Shown here: positions 1 to 9,241 of the stretch, piece after piece | Position numbering within the stretch: the stretch's first letter is position 1 | How the letters are laid out: the number at the start of each line of letters is the position of its first letter | Assembly (NCBI GenBank): GCA_020853525.1 | Contig: JADYYS010000005.1 | Span: 55,262-119,261 of the forward strand | Reading direction: 5' to 3' | From: Ardenticatenales bacterium | GTDB taxonomy: Bacteria > Chloroflexota > Anaerolineae > Epilineales > Epilineaceae | Length of the DNA: 64,000 bases | The notes under the pieces: model-generated | Seen by the model: only the letters and a program-made list of their open reading frames with translations | What the model was told of the DNA's origin: nothing | Databases searched by the model: none | Position numbers and translations under genes: made by a program

Positions 1-1
1 C

Positions 2-208
2 GTGATCGACCGACTGCAGCCGATCCTCCACAATTTCCTCACCGGCGGCGAGCGCTGGCTGGCCCACGGCATCTCGGTCGAGCAGGTCCGCACGATCAAC
101 CTGCCCGTGACGGACGGGGTGCCGCCCCTTGGAGACGTCGTGCGGCGGATCATCGCCCACGCCGCCGCGGCCGGGTGGCTGGTCGACGACGACGCGCCGG
201 AACGTTGA
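2..208 (+). CDS. 3' end of an unidentified gene, truncated by the window edge
   Basis: The frame is open from the window edge to TGA 206-208. No diagnostic motif in the 68 aa visible. Confidence 0.35.
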   Translation: MIDRLQPILHNFLTGGERWLAHGISVEQVRTINLPVTDGVPPLGDVVRRIIAHAAAAGWLVDDDAPER

Positions 209-2700
209 ACGGCGGGCCGACGACCGACGGTGTGCGCCCGGGCACCGGCCGCGGGGCGGCCGCCGACACGCCCGACGCCGCCACGGTGAATCGCTTGCCC
301 CGTGGCTGGATCGTCCGGCTACCGTACGGACGGCCGCGGCGCGATCTCGTCGCCCTCGCCCTCGTCCTGACGTGCCAGCTCGTGCTGGCGACGGCGTACG
401 CCCGGGCGACCCCGCCGTGGGAGACGCCCGACGAGCCGTGGCACATGGGTTATGTCACGTGGCTGCGGGCCACGCATCGGCTGCCGCCGCTGACGGCCGA
501 GATGCTGGACACGCCGCTGCGCCAGGAAGCCAGCCAAGCGCCGCTGTACTACGTGCTGGCGGCGGCGGCGACGCTGCCGTGGTCGTTCGGCTCGGACGAT
601 CTGGCACGCGCGTTCGTCGAGAACCCGACGCGCTTCAAGGGGGTCGGCCTTGCGCCGCGGCAGCACAACTACGCGCTTCACGGCCCGTGGGACGACCCCA
701 CCGTGCCGATCATTCGCGCGCTGCGGGCCGCACGCGCCGTCGCCGCGCTGTTCGGCCTGCTGGCGGCATGGGCGACCTGGCGATTGGCCCGCACGCTTCG
801 GCCCGACCGGCCGTGGTTCGCCGTCGCTGCCGGAGCGTGGGTCGCCTTCACGCCGCAGGTCCTGTTCCTGTCCGCCGCCGCCAGCAACGACACCGCGGTG
901 GCCGCGCTGGCGACGCTGGCGCTGACCGCGGCCATCGCGTTCCCGGATCGACCGGGCGACGGGGCGGCGGCGCGGCTCGGGGCGTGGTACGGGCTGGCGG
1001 CGCTGGCGAAGTCGAGCGCGCTGGCGCTCGGGCCGATCGTGGCGGTCAGCGTGGTGTTCGGCGCCTGGCGCAGCCGATCGTCGCGCGGCGTCGCGGCGGG
1101 CGTGGTGCGTTGGGGGGCGATCTCGCTCGTCGCGGCCATGGCGACGGGCGGGTGGTGGTACGTTCGCAATCTCGTTCAATACGGGACGCTCTTCGGCCGA
1201 TCGCTCCACCTGGCGATGCCGTGGGCCCACCGCGTGCCGCACAGCCTGGCGCGTCTGGCGCGCGACGATGCGTTCGACCTGCTGTTCATGTCGTACTGGG
1301 GTGTGTTCGGCTGGGGCACGGTCCGGTATCCGCGCTGGGTGTACGACGGCGCGCAGCTCGTCGTGGCGGCGGCGGCGGTCGGCGGCGTGGTGGCGGGTGC
1401 GGCGTGGTGGCGCGCGCGTCGGGTGGGGGGCACCGGCGAGCATGGTACGGGCGATGGCGGCGGCACCGGCGTTGACGGCGATGGCGGAGTGGGCAATGGG
1501 GAGCGGATGGGCGAAGGGCGTCCGTGGTGGGGATACGGGCTGTGCGGCGGGTGGTCGGCCGTCTCGATCGTGACGCTCATCGTGTGGATGCGGCAGGTCG
1601 AAGCGAACTGGGGGCGGTTGCTGTTCCCGGCGCTGGGCGCGCTCACCGTCCTGATCGTGGCGGGCCTGGTACGGCTCGCGCCGCGCGGCACATGGGCGGC
1701 GGTCGCGATCGGCGGGCTCGTCATCTGGTCGGTGACCGGCCCGCCGATCGCGCTGCGCAGCGCCTACGGTCCCCCGCGGTACTTGTCGGAGGACGAAGTC
1801 CGAGCGCTCGACGACCGCGTGGACTGGCGCATGGACGACGCCGTGACGCTTCTGTCGTTCTCCGCGCTCGAACCGACGGCGGCGAACCCGGGCTTCTGGC
1901 CGGTGCGCCTTTGCTGGCAGGCGATCCGGCGCCCCGACTTCGAACCGAGCGCCTTCGTTCATATCGTCGGCGCGGCGGACGCCATCGTGGCGAGCTACGA
2001 CGGCACGCCCGGCGGCGGGACGTGGCCGGGCGGGGCATGGCGGCCGGGGGAGGCGGTGTGCGAGCGCATCGACGTGGCGATCGGTCAGCCGGGGCAGCCG
2101 GTTCCGGCGCCGGCCGTCTACCGTGTGGCCGTCGGCATGTTCGACCGCGACAGCCAGGAGCGGATGGCCACCGTCGATCGCGATGGCCTGCCGGTCGTCG
2201 GCAACTTCGTCGGGCACGTAAAGGTGCGCGGAGCCGGTGGTGAGCGATCCGAGGATTTCGTCAGGGACGACGTCCGATTCGGCGACAACGGCGTCGACAT
2301 TCGGCTCGTCGGCACTTCGGCCGTGCCCACGTCGGTTTGCGCAGGCGAAACGCTGGAGTTTACGCTCATGTTCAACGTAGACGCCCCGCCGGCCGAGGAT
2401 CTGCAGCTCTTGGTTCACCTTCGCCGGGTGGGTTCGACAGCATCCGTGGCACAAGCGGACGGTCCGGTCATGCAGGCCGGGCTACCCTACCCGTCGAGCG
2501 CATGGGCGCGAGGCGAACACCTGGACGATGTTCGCACGATCGAAGTGCCGCCGGACACCGAGCCGGGCGCGTACGTCGTTGCCGTCGGCTTCTATCGTCT
2601 GAGCGATGGGTTGCGGCAGCCGGTGCGCGTGTCCGGTACGGACGTCGCCGACCGCGCCTACGAACTGCGCGCTCCGATCGAAGTGCGGCCGTGCCCGTGA
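205..2700 (+). CDS. GT-C fold membrane glycosyltransferase, ArnT/PMT (GT39/83)-like, with a soluble C-terminal domain
   Basis: The N-terminal half is polytopic, with a first-loop DE motif (WETPDEPWHMGY) as in ArnT/PMT enzymes, followed by a ~350-aa non-membrane C-terminal domain. Start is uncertain: GTG 175 (track) or TTG 205, which overlaps the upstream stop as TTGA. Confidence 0.6.
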   Translation: MNGGPTTDGVRPGTGRGAAADTPDAATVNRLPRGWIVRLPYGRPRRDLVALALVLTCQLVLATAYARATPPWETPDEPWHMGYVTWLRATHRLPPLTAEMLDTPLRQEASQAPLYYVLAAAATLPWSFGSDDLARAFVENPTRFKGVGLAPRQHNYALHGPWDDPTVPIIRALRAARAVAALFGLLAAWATWRLARTLRPDRPWFAVAAGAWVAFTPQVLFLSAAASNDTAVAALATLALTAAIAFPDRPGDGAAARLGAWYGLAALAKSSALALGPIVAVSVVFGAWRSRSSRGVAAGVVRWGAISLVAAMATGGWWYVRNLVQYGTLFGRSLHLAMPWAHRVPHSLARLARDDAFDLLFMSYWGVFGWGTVRYPRWVYDGAQLVVAAAAVGGVVAGAAWWRARRVGGTGEHGTGDGGGTGVDGDGGVGNGERMGEGRPWWGYGLCGGWSAVSIVTLIVWMRQVEANWGRLLFPALGALTVLIVAGLVRLAPRGTWAAVAIGGLVIWSVTGPPIALRSAYGPPRYLSEDEVRALDDRVDWRMDDAVTLLSFSALEPTAANPGFWPVRLCWQAIRRPDFEPSAFVHIVGAADAIVASYDGTPGGGTWPGGAWRPGEAVCERIDVAIGQPGQPVPAPAVYRVAVGMFDRDSQERMATVDRDGLPVVGNFVGHVKVRGAGGERSEDFVRDDVRFGDNGVDIRLVGTSAVPTSVCAGETLEFTLMFNVDAPPAEDLQLLVHLRRVGSTASVAQADGPVMQAGLPYPSSAWARGEHLDDVRTIEVPPDTEPGAYVVAVGFYRLSDGLRQPVRVSGTDVADRAYELRAPIEVRPCP

Positions 2701-4922
2701 GCACGCAGCCCCGCTCGCCGCGGCCCGTGCCGGCGTCGCGGCTCGCGGGTTGCGCGGTCGCAGCCCTGACCCTGCTGGCGATCGCCATCCGGCTGCACGC
2801 ACTGGAACACCAGCCCCTGTGGAGCGACGAGGGCCTCAGCCTCCACCGCGCCGGTCTCGGCCTGCTTGATCTCCTGCGCGGCCGGATCGTCGTCGACGGC
2901 TTTGCCACGACGGATCCCATGCCGCCGCTGTACTTCCTGGCGCTGGCCGCGGGCCGGTTCGTGCTCGGCGCCGGCATCTGGGCACAGCGCTTTGTCGGCG
3001 CCGCGCTCGGCGTAACGGCCGTGCCGCTGGCCTGGGTCGCCGGCCGCCGCCTGTTCGGCCGCGGTGCCGGCATCGCGGCGGCGATCGTCATCGCCGTCGC
3101 ACCGTTCGTCGTCTGGTACGGCCAGGAGCTCCGACCGTACGCCGTGGTCATCCCGTGTGTCCTCGCGCTGACGGCGTTGGCGGCCGGCCACGGCGATCCG
3201 ACCGCGCGGGCGCGGCGCTGGGCGGCAGCCTCGGCCGTCGGCGTGCTCGTCCACCCGTTCGTCGGGTTCGTGGCGCTGGCGCAGGCGCCCTTCGTGCTGC
3301 CTTCGGCGTGGCGACGGGCGGCGCCGCGTCGGCGGTGGGCGGCGGCGGCCATCGCGGGCGCGGCGGCACTCGTCGCGCTGCCGCGGCTGGCGGCGATCCT
3401 CGGCGGGCCGACGCAGGTGGACTTCGCGCCGGTGGACGCGCTTGTCGTCATGCGTCAGGCGCTGGCGGCGTTTGCGGTGGGCATCTCGCCGTCGCTGGAT
3501 CACCCGATCGCCCGCAGCGCTCCATTGGCGCTGCTGGCGATCGCCGGCGCCGGCGTCGGCCTCTCGGACGCGCGTACGCGGCGCGGCGCGGCGCTGACGA
3601 TCGCCGGCCTCGCCCTGCCGATCGTCGGCGTGCTCTGTCTGTCCGCCGTCAACCCCCTCTACAACGGCCCGCGGCATGTCCTGCCGGCCCTGCCCGCGTT
3701 CGCGCTCCTTGTCGGGGCGAGCGCCCGGCTGCCGACGGCGATCAGGCGCGGGTTCGATCGGCGCCGGCCCGATCGGCGCGGGCTCGATCAGCACGGGCTC
3801 GATCGGCGCGGGCTCCATCAGCGCGGACTCGATCAGCGCGGGCTCGATCAGCGCGGGGGCGCAGCGGCGCTGCCCCTTGTCGGGAGGACGGCCACCATCG
3901 CGTCCGTCGCGTCCGTCGGATCCGTCGCGGCCCTGCTGGCGGCCGCGACGATGGGGCTGGCCGTGTCGTGCGCCCAGCTGCAGCGCCAGTTCGGCGCTTC
4001 GGATTATGTCAAAGACGATCTCCGGAGCCTCGTCGCCGACCTGGCGGTGCGCTATGTGCCGGGGGACCGGATCGTCCTGCACGACGCCCTGATCGGCTTC
4101 ACGTTCGACGCCGAGGCGGCGGCGCTCGGCGTCGTGCTGCCATGGGTTCCGGTGCCCCACTTCCCGAACGAGGATCGACACGCGGCGGAGGCGCGGCTGC
4201 TGGCGATGGTGCCGGCGGCCGGCGGGCGGGTCTGGTTCGTCGACCGGCCTTCACCGCGCGGCGGGTTCGAGGGCGAATCGCTCGTACAGGCCGCCGACAA
4301 GCGGTGGGACCTCGTCGAGCGGCGGCAGTACGCGCGGATGTGGTTGCGGGTCGGGCTGCGCGAGTACCGGGTGGGCGGTTGGCCGACGCAGGTTTCGCCG
4401 CGGGCGGCGACGGGCGCCATCGTCACGTGGTCGAACGGGCTGGCGTTGAACGACGCGGCCTTCGAGCGGCCGACCGTCGCGGCCGGACAGCGGCTCGGGC
4501 TGGTGACCCGCTGGCAGCCGCACGCGCCGCTGGCGGGTGAGGTGGACTTCGAGGTCCGGCTCCGGGACGCGCAGCACGGACGGGCGATCAGCCTCGGCGC
4601 GGACCAGCTGCTGCGCGATCGCGACCTCGAGGACACGCCGCCGGGCTCGATCGTCGAGATCGCGCTGCGGGCCGGCGTACCGATCGACACGCCGCCGGGA
4701 CCACACGACGTTCAGCTTCGAATCCGCGACGCACGTGTGAGCAGCATGCCCGTCGAGCCAGGCGCGAACGGATCCGACGACAAGAGCGGACCCGACGAGA
4801 ACTGGCGTAGCGTGGCGCGCGTCGATGTTGGGCCGCCGGTGCTGGCACCCCTTGCGCTTCGACGGCTGGCGAGGCGCGAGACGTCGGGTTTGGCGACGGA
4901 AAGCCCGGCCGGCGGCCCATGA
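2697..4922 (+). CDS. GT-C fold membrane glycosyltransferase (GT39-like), paralogous in architecture to the upstream gene
   Basis: GTG 2697 overlaps the upstream stop (GTGA). First-loop motif PLWSDEGLSLHRAG, many TM segments, then a repeat linker and a soluble C-terminal domain. The track ORF start at 2337 lies inside the previous gene and is unlikely. Confidence 0.6.
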   Translation: MSTQPRSPRPVPASRLAGCAVAALTLLAIAIRLHALEHQPLWSDEGLSLHRAGLGLLDLLRGRIVVDGFATTDPMPPLYFLALAAGRFVLGAGIWAQRFVGAALGVTAVPLAWVAGRRLFGRGAGIAAAIVIAVAPFVVWYGQELRPYAVVIPCVLALTALAAGHGDPTARARRWAAASAVGVLVHPFVGFVALAQAPFVLPSAWRRAAPRRRWAAAAIAGAAALVALPRLAAILGGPTQVDFAPVDALVVMRQALAAFAVGISPSLDHPIARSAPLALLAIAGAGVGLSDARTRRGAALTIAGLALPIVGVLCLSAVNPLYNGPRHVLPALPAFALLVGASARLPTAIRRGFDRRRPDRRGLDQHGLDRRGLHQRGLDQRGLDQRGGAAALPLVGRTATIASVASVGSVAALLAAATMGLAVSCAQLQRQFGASDYVKDDLRSLVADLAVRYVPGDRIVLHDALIGFTFDAEAAALGVVLPWVPVPHFPNEDRHAAEARLLAMVPAAGGRVWFVDRPSPRGGFEGESLVQAADKRWDLVERRQYARMWLRVGLREYRVGGWPTQVSPRAATGAIVTWSNGLALNDAAFERPTVAAGQRLGLVTRWQPHAPLAGEVDFEVRLRDAQHGRAISLGADQLLRDRDLEDTPPGSIVEIALRAGVPIDTPPGPHDVQLRIRDARVSSMPVEPGANGSDDKSGPDENWRSVARVDVGPPVLAPLALRRLARRETSGLATESPAGGP
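3747..3851 (+). repeat. Imperfect 15-nt in-frame tandem repeat (~7 units, consensus cgcgggctcgatcag) encoding (R/H)(R/Q)GLD pentapeptides
   Basis: Read directly from the sequence: RRGFDRRRPDRRGLDQHGLDRRGLHQRGLDQRGLDQRG, between the TM domain and the C-terminal domain of the second GT-C gene. Confidence 0.9.
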
Positions 4923-5020
4923 ACCGCCGTTCGCCTGCAATGCCCGCCTTGTCAGCCGCGCGCCCATCGACTACGCTAGCCGCAGCGCCGTATCGCCCTC
5001 ATCTGCGGGCCGTCTGATCC

Positions 5021-8000
5021 GTGATGTCATTGTTTGCGCCGCCGAAGCAGCCGCCGCAGCCGCATCGCACCCTCCGCACCGCATCCGCGCCGTCCAGGCT
5101 GCCGGTCGCGCGCCATGCCCTGCGCGCCGTGATCGTGGCCGCGGCGATCCTGGCCACGATCCTCGACATGTCGGCCCGTCGTACGCCATCGACCACGCAA
5201 GCCTCCGACCCGGCACCCGACCTGCGAGGCAGCTGGCGCAGCGTTGCCAACGGCGACCGTGTGAACGCGATGCACAAGGACGGCGACACGCTGTGGGTCG
5301 CCGCCGATGCCGGCGGGCTCGTGCGCTGGTCCGTGGCCGCCGGCACGTACGTGCAGTACCTGCATCCGCAGACCCCGCTGCCGGACAACACGGTGTTCGA
5401 CGTCGCACCGGCGGTCGGGGGGGGGGTGTGGGCCGCCACGGCCCGCGGGCTCGTGCGCTTCGTACCGGAGCGCGAACAATGGCAGGTCGTCACGCCCGCG
5501 ACGTCGCCCGGCATGCCGGCGCGCGTCGTGACCGCCGTGGCGCCGCTGGCGGACGGGACGTTGTGGGTCGGCTTCGCGCAGGAGTGGGACGCCGGCGCGC
5601 CCCACCCGGCGTCGAAGGACGGCAGCGTGCGCGGCGCCTTCCGGTCGGGCGGCATTGCGCGCTTCGACCCGGCCGCCAACGCGTGGTCGTCCGCCAGCCA
5701 GGCGGAAATCGTCACGCTGCCCGGCGATCCGCTGGCCGATCCGCGGTTCAAGACGCTGCCCTCGGACAACGTCACGGACTTGGCGCTCGACTCCGAGGGA
5801 ACGCTCTGGGTCGGGACCCGGCCGTACTACGCCTGGGACGCCAGCAACTGCCACGAGAGCGACTGTCTCGGGCAGACGGACTTCTGGGTGCTCACGGGCG
5901 GCGGTCTCGCGGCGGCCAAGGAAGGCGCGTGGCGGCGCTGGTATCCGACGGCCGAGACGGACACGGCCTGCTACGACCGCACGATCTGGTCGCTGGCCGC
6001 GGACGCCGACGGGCGGATGTGGGCCGCCACGCAAGGTCACGGCGTCCTGTTGATGCGCGGTTTCGGCCAGGCGTGGTCGTGCTCGAGCGGACAGGCGTAT
6101 TACATCAAGCCGCGCGGCCGACCGGACCCCGGCGTGCGCGGGCTGCAGGGCAACGTCGTCCGCGCCGTCGCGGTCGAGGCCGGCACCGGTCGGATCTGGC
6201 TGAGCCAGGGCGAGGGCACGGACGTCGGCCTTGGCCTGACCGTCCTCGACCCGAAGGCCACCTATGACGATTCGCCCGGGTCGCCGAGCTGGTTCGACTC
6301 GGACGATGTCTACACCCCGTGGAGTATCGGTGAGCCGTCCGCGCGCAACCGCCGTGCATCGGCGATCGTGATCGACGACGGTCGACCGATCGTCGGCACG
6401 ATCGATGACCGTAGTGGGGACGGCGACGGGGTGTGGCTGGCCGGACACGCGGCCGAGCCGCCGGCACCGCCGGACTGGCGAGCGCTGCGAACCGCCGACG
6501 CCGGGCTGCCGTCCAACCAGATCACCGCCCTGGCGGACGACCCGCTCGGCCAGACGACGTGGTTCGCCACGAAGAACCGCGGCGTCGCACGCTGGCAGCG
6601 GGCGTCCGACACTTGGACGTGGTGGCGCGCCTTCCGCGAGGTCGGCCGCGCGGCGCAGGTCACGCGTGCAGCCGTCAAGGGCGAGGCGACGGCCCTCGTC
6701 GGCATTCCATCGGCGGCGGCCTTCGAAACGTTGTTTCCCGAGGCGCTCGACCTCGTCCGCCTGGGGAGCTCACCGACGATCCACACCGTCATGGCGTTCG
6801 CTCCCGATAGCGACGGACTGAGCGGCCGGCTGACGCTCTCGCCGACGCTGAACGCCGATCTCGCGGTCGGGGACGCCGTCGTGCGCGTGACGCGCGGACC
6901 GGCCGGCGACCGGGCCACGCAGATCACGCTCCGCAACGGCAGCGAGCCCTGGATGTCGGCGCTGCGCAACGATGCGCTGTTCCAGATGACGGGCACGCCG
7001 CCGAGCTGCCCGGACTACCCGGACTGCTGGCTCGACGGTGGCCTTGCCGGCCTCGTCGACGACGTATGGCGGGTGTACGACCCGCGCAACAGCCCGCTCG
7101 ACTACCGCGAGGCGGTCGCCGTCGAGGCGGACCGCGACGGGCGCGTCTGGGTCGCCGACGGCAATCTCGTGGCGACCGGCTTCGGGCTGGCCGTCCTCGA
7201 CCCGGCCGCCGGCACGTGGCGCAAGCACCAGGTGACGGCCGACTTCAATGCCGGCAACGGCGTGAGCGACCTGGCGATCGATCCCGAGACCGGTCACGTC
7301 TGGACGGCGCACTATCCGGTGGAGCGGCGCGTGGCGATCGGGCCGGGCCAGCCGGAGCAGATCGTGGTCGCCGGTGGCGGCGTTGCCCGGTTCGACGGCA
7401 GCCGCTGGAAGTCCTGGACGAAGAAGGACAGCGCTTCGACGATGGGCACGTACGGCGACTACGGCGTCTACAACGCGGTGACCGTCGACCGGTCGCGCGG
7501 CACGGTCTGGGCCGGCGGCTGGTCGACGCTCGGCAGCGTCTTCCATTGGCCGCGCGGCGAGAACGTGCATGCCCAGTTGGACGCCTGCCCGCTGGCCACG
7601 TGCCGCGCGCGCGACTGGGTCGGCAAGCGCTGGCTGAACGACGGGCTCGTCAGCGCGCTCGGCGTCGACCCGACCGGCCGGTTGTGGGTCGGGACCCATC
7701 GGCACGGGCGGGGCGTGCTGCCGCCGATCGGCGGCGTCAAGCTGCTCATCGGCGACGCCTGGCACCACGTGTCGCCGGACGCGAGCGGGATCCCGTCCGG
7801 CCAGATCGCCGCGGTCGAGGTCGACAGCCCGTCGGCCTGGATCGGGACGCTGCGGCACGGTGCCGCGGTGTACGAGGAGGCGGTGGTGCCCACGGCCACG
7901 CCAACCGCATTCGTTCCGACGGCGGCGCCCACGTTGACGCCGACGCGGACACCCGACCCGTCACCGTCACCCTCCCCGTCGTCTTCCCCGTCGCCCGACG

Positions 8001-8239
8001 CGAGTCCGACGGGCGGAGGGACGGAGCCGACGCCGACCGATCCTGCAGACCCTACCCCATCGCCCACGGCGACGATGCCGATCGAGGCAACGCCCGACCG
8101 CCCACCGAGCGCGACAGCGGCCGCCACGCCGCCGATCGAGGCGACGCCGTCGCCCGCACCGACGTCGCTCGGCCGCTGCCCGGCGACGGGGTGCGTGATC
8201 CACCTGCCGACGCTTTGGCGCCTCAACCGGCGGCGGTAG
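5021..8239 (+). CDS. Large membrane-anchored or secreted beta-propeller protein (two-component-regulator-propeller-like repeats) with a Pro/Thr/Ser-rich C-terminal linker and a short basic tail
   Basis: N-terminal hydrophobic anchor (AVIVAAAILATIL). Recurrent repeat cores: DGTLWVGF, EGTLWVGT, DGRMWAAT, TGRIWLSQ, DGRVWVAD, TGRLWVGT. About 100 aa of PT/PS-rich linker, ending ...CVIHLPTLWRLNRRR. Confidence 0.6.
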   Translation: MMSLFAPPKQPPQPHRTLRTASAPSRLPVARHALRAVIVAAAILATILDMSARRTPSTTQASDPAPDLRGSWRSVANGDRVNAMHKDGDTLWVAADAGGLVRWSVAAGTYVQYLHPQTPLPDNTVFDVAPAVGGGVWAATARGLVRFVPEREQWQVVTPATSPGMPARVVTAVAPLADGTLWVGFAQEWDAGAPHPASKDGSVRGAFRSGGIARFDPAANAWSSASQAEIVTLPGDPLADPRFKTLPSDNVTDLALDSEGTLWVGTRPYYAWDASNCHESDCLGQTDFWVLTGGGLAAAKEGAWRRWYPTAETDTACYDRTIWSLAADADGRMWAATQGHGVLLMRGFGQAWSCSSGQAYYIKPRGRPDPGVRGLQGNVVRAVAVEAGTGRIWLSQGEGTDVGLGLTVLDPKATYDDSPGSPSWFDSDDVYTPWSIGEPSARNRRASAIVIDDGRPIVGTIDDRSGDGDGVWLAGHAAEPPAPPDWRALRTADAGLPSNQITALADDPLGQTTWFATKNRGVARWQRASDTWTWWRAFREVGRAAQVTRAAVKGEATALVGIPSAAAFETLFPEALDLVRLGSSPTIHTVMAFAPDSDGLSGRLTLSPTLNADLAVGDAVVRVTRGPAGDRATQITLRNGSEPWMSALRNDALFQMTGTPPSCPDYPDCWLDGGLAGLVDDVWRVYDPRNSPLDYREAVAVEADRDGRVWVADGNLVATGFGLAVLDPAAGTWRKHQVTADFNAGNGVSDLAIDPETGHVWTAHYPVERRVAIGPGQPEQIVVAGGGVARFDGSRWKSWTKKDSASTMGTYGDYGVYNAVTVDRSRGTVWAGGWSTLGSVFHWPRGENVHAQLDACPLATCRARDWVGKRWLNDGLVSALGVDPTGRLWVGTHRHGRGVLPPIGGVKLLIGDAWHHVSPDASGIPSGQIAAVEVDSPSAWIGTLRHGAAVYEEAVVPTATPTAFVPTAAPTLTPTRTPDPSPSPSPSSSPSPDASPTGGGTEPTPTDPADPTPSPTATMPIEATPDRPPSATAAATPPIEATPSPAPTSLGRCPATGCVIHLPTLWRLNRRR

Positions 8240-8317
8240 CACAGTACTCTGTCACTGAACACGGTTCGGATATCCGATACAAGCAGCGATCCGCAGACTC
8301 TGCCGTGACAGAGCGTG

Positions 8318-9241
8318 CTAGCCGTCGATCCCCATCATCCGCCCGAACTCCTCCGCCAGCTCGAACGCGGCGCGAACGTTGCGTGGGTTGCGGGAGTTCA
8401 GGTACTCGACGTTGATCCCGAGCCGGTCGGCCGGGATCCCGATCTCGCCGGCAAACGTCGAGAGGCGCTCCCAGACGAGCGTGAGCTGGGCGATCGAGGC
8501 GTCCACCATGCTGCGGGCGCCGCGCAAGGTTCGCTCGACGTCGCGCGGCACGTAGACGCCGAGGGCACGCAGCGCGAAGTTGAGGTCGTCCTCGCCGACG
8601 AAGGGCGAGAACGTCAGGAAGATCTTGGGGAACTGATCGAGCGGGATCGTACGGACCATGTCGAGCAGCAGGCAGCTCATCCACTCGCCCTCGTACAGAA
8701 GCTGCGTCGTGTAGAACGAGAGCTTCGACTCGGCGATCTTGAGCTGCAGCCGCGCGAGCTCGTCGTAGCTGGCCGGGCGCGGAACGAACTCCTTGCGGCG
8801 CGTCGGAATGATGATGCCGCCGCAGTGGAATCCGCGGCCGCGGGCGATCTCGGAAGCTTTCGCGACGTCGAGGGCCTGCTCGCCGTAGCGCTTCTGCGAC
8901 GCGTCGCCGCCGACGAGGACGACGTCGCGGACCCCCATTGCCTCCGCCGCATCCAGCCACGCGGCGAACGGCTCGGCCTCGGTGGCGACGCTCACGCGGT
9001 ACAGGCTCAGCGGCTTGGACGCCTGCGTCTGCAGCCAGCGCGCAAAGTCCAGATTGCCGACGCGCTCAACGCTCGAGCGGTGGAACTCCCCGTCGTCCTG
9101 GATGTCCGGCACGGAGAGCGCATCGAAGCGCGTGTACGCCCGCAGGCAGTGCTCAAGGATGGCGTACGCCTTGTCGCGGTGCTGAATGAGCGGCGGCGTG
9201 GCTTCCATGATGACCCGGGCGTCGGCGAGATAGCTATCCAT
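8318..9241 (-). CDS. Methylenetetrahydrofolate-reductase-fold (MetF-like) protein
   Basis: Its pattern resembles MetF: GVRDVVLVGGD (cf. GIRHIVALRGD), LQLKIAESKLSFYTTQLLYE (cf. LKRKVDAGANRAITQFFFD), IFLTFSPF, INVEYLN. ATG 9241 overlaps the rmlC stop (ATGGATAG). The upstream part of the track ORF is inside rmlC. Confidence 0.45.
   Translation of the reverse strand: MDSYLADARVIMEATPPLIQHRDKAYAILEHCLRAYTRFDALSVPDIQDDGEFHRSSVERVGNLDFARWLQTQASKPLSLYRVSVATEAEPFAAWLDAAEAMGVRDVVLVGGDASQKRYGEQALDVAKASEIARGRGFHCGGIIIPTRRKEFVPRPASYDELARLQLKIAESKLSFYTTQLLYEGEWMSCLLLDMVRTIPLDQFPKIFLTFSPFVGEDDLNFALRALGVYVPRDVERTLRGARSMVDASIAQLTLVWERLSTFAGEIGIPADRLGINVEYLNSRNPRNVRAAFELAEEFGRMMGIDG

Noticed and set aside
129-2454. 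Long ORFs overlapping the first GT-C gene in other frames or on the other strand (129-1475 +, 319-2454 -, and others)
   Set aside because: Arg/Pro/Ala/Gly-rich nonsense translations typical of shadow ORFs in ~70% GC DNA. The GT-C frame has coherent TM helices and motifs.
3747-3851. Short tandem repeats here, and at 32071-32130 and 51336-51395, considered as CRISPR-like arrays
   Set aside because: The 15-nt units are contiguous with no spacers, lie in frame inside CDSs, and no cas genes are present.
8240-8317. Long-range inverted repeat (ctctgtcac ... gtgacagag) and a cggatatccg palindrome between the propeller gene and the MetF-like gene
   Set aside because: The 9-bp arms are separated by ~50 nt, which is weak for a terminator or a regulatory hairpin. 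I could not support a function from sequence alone.
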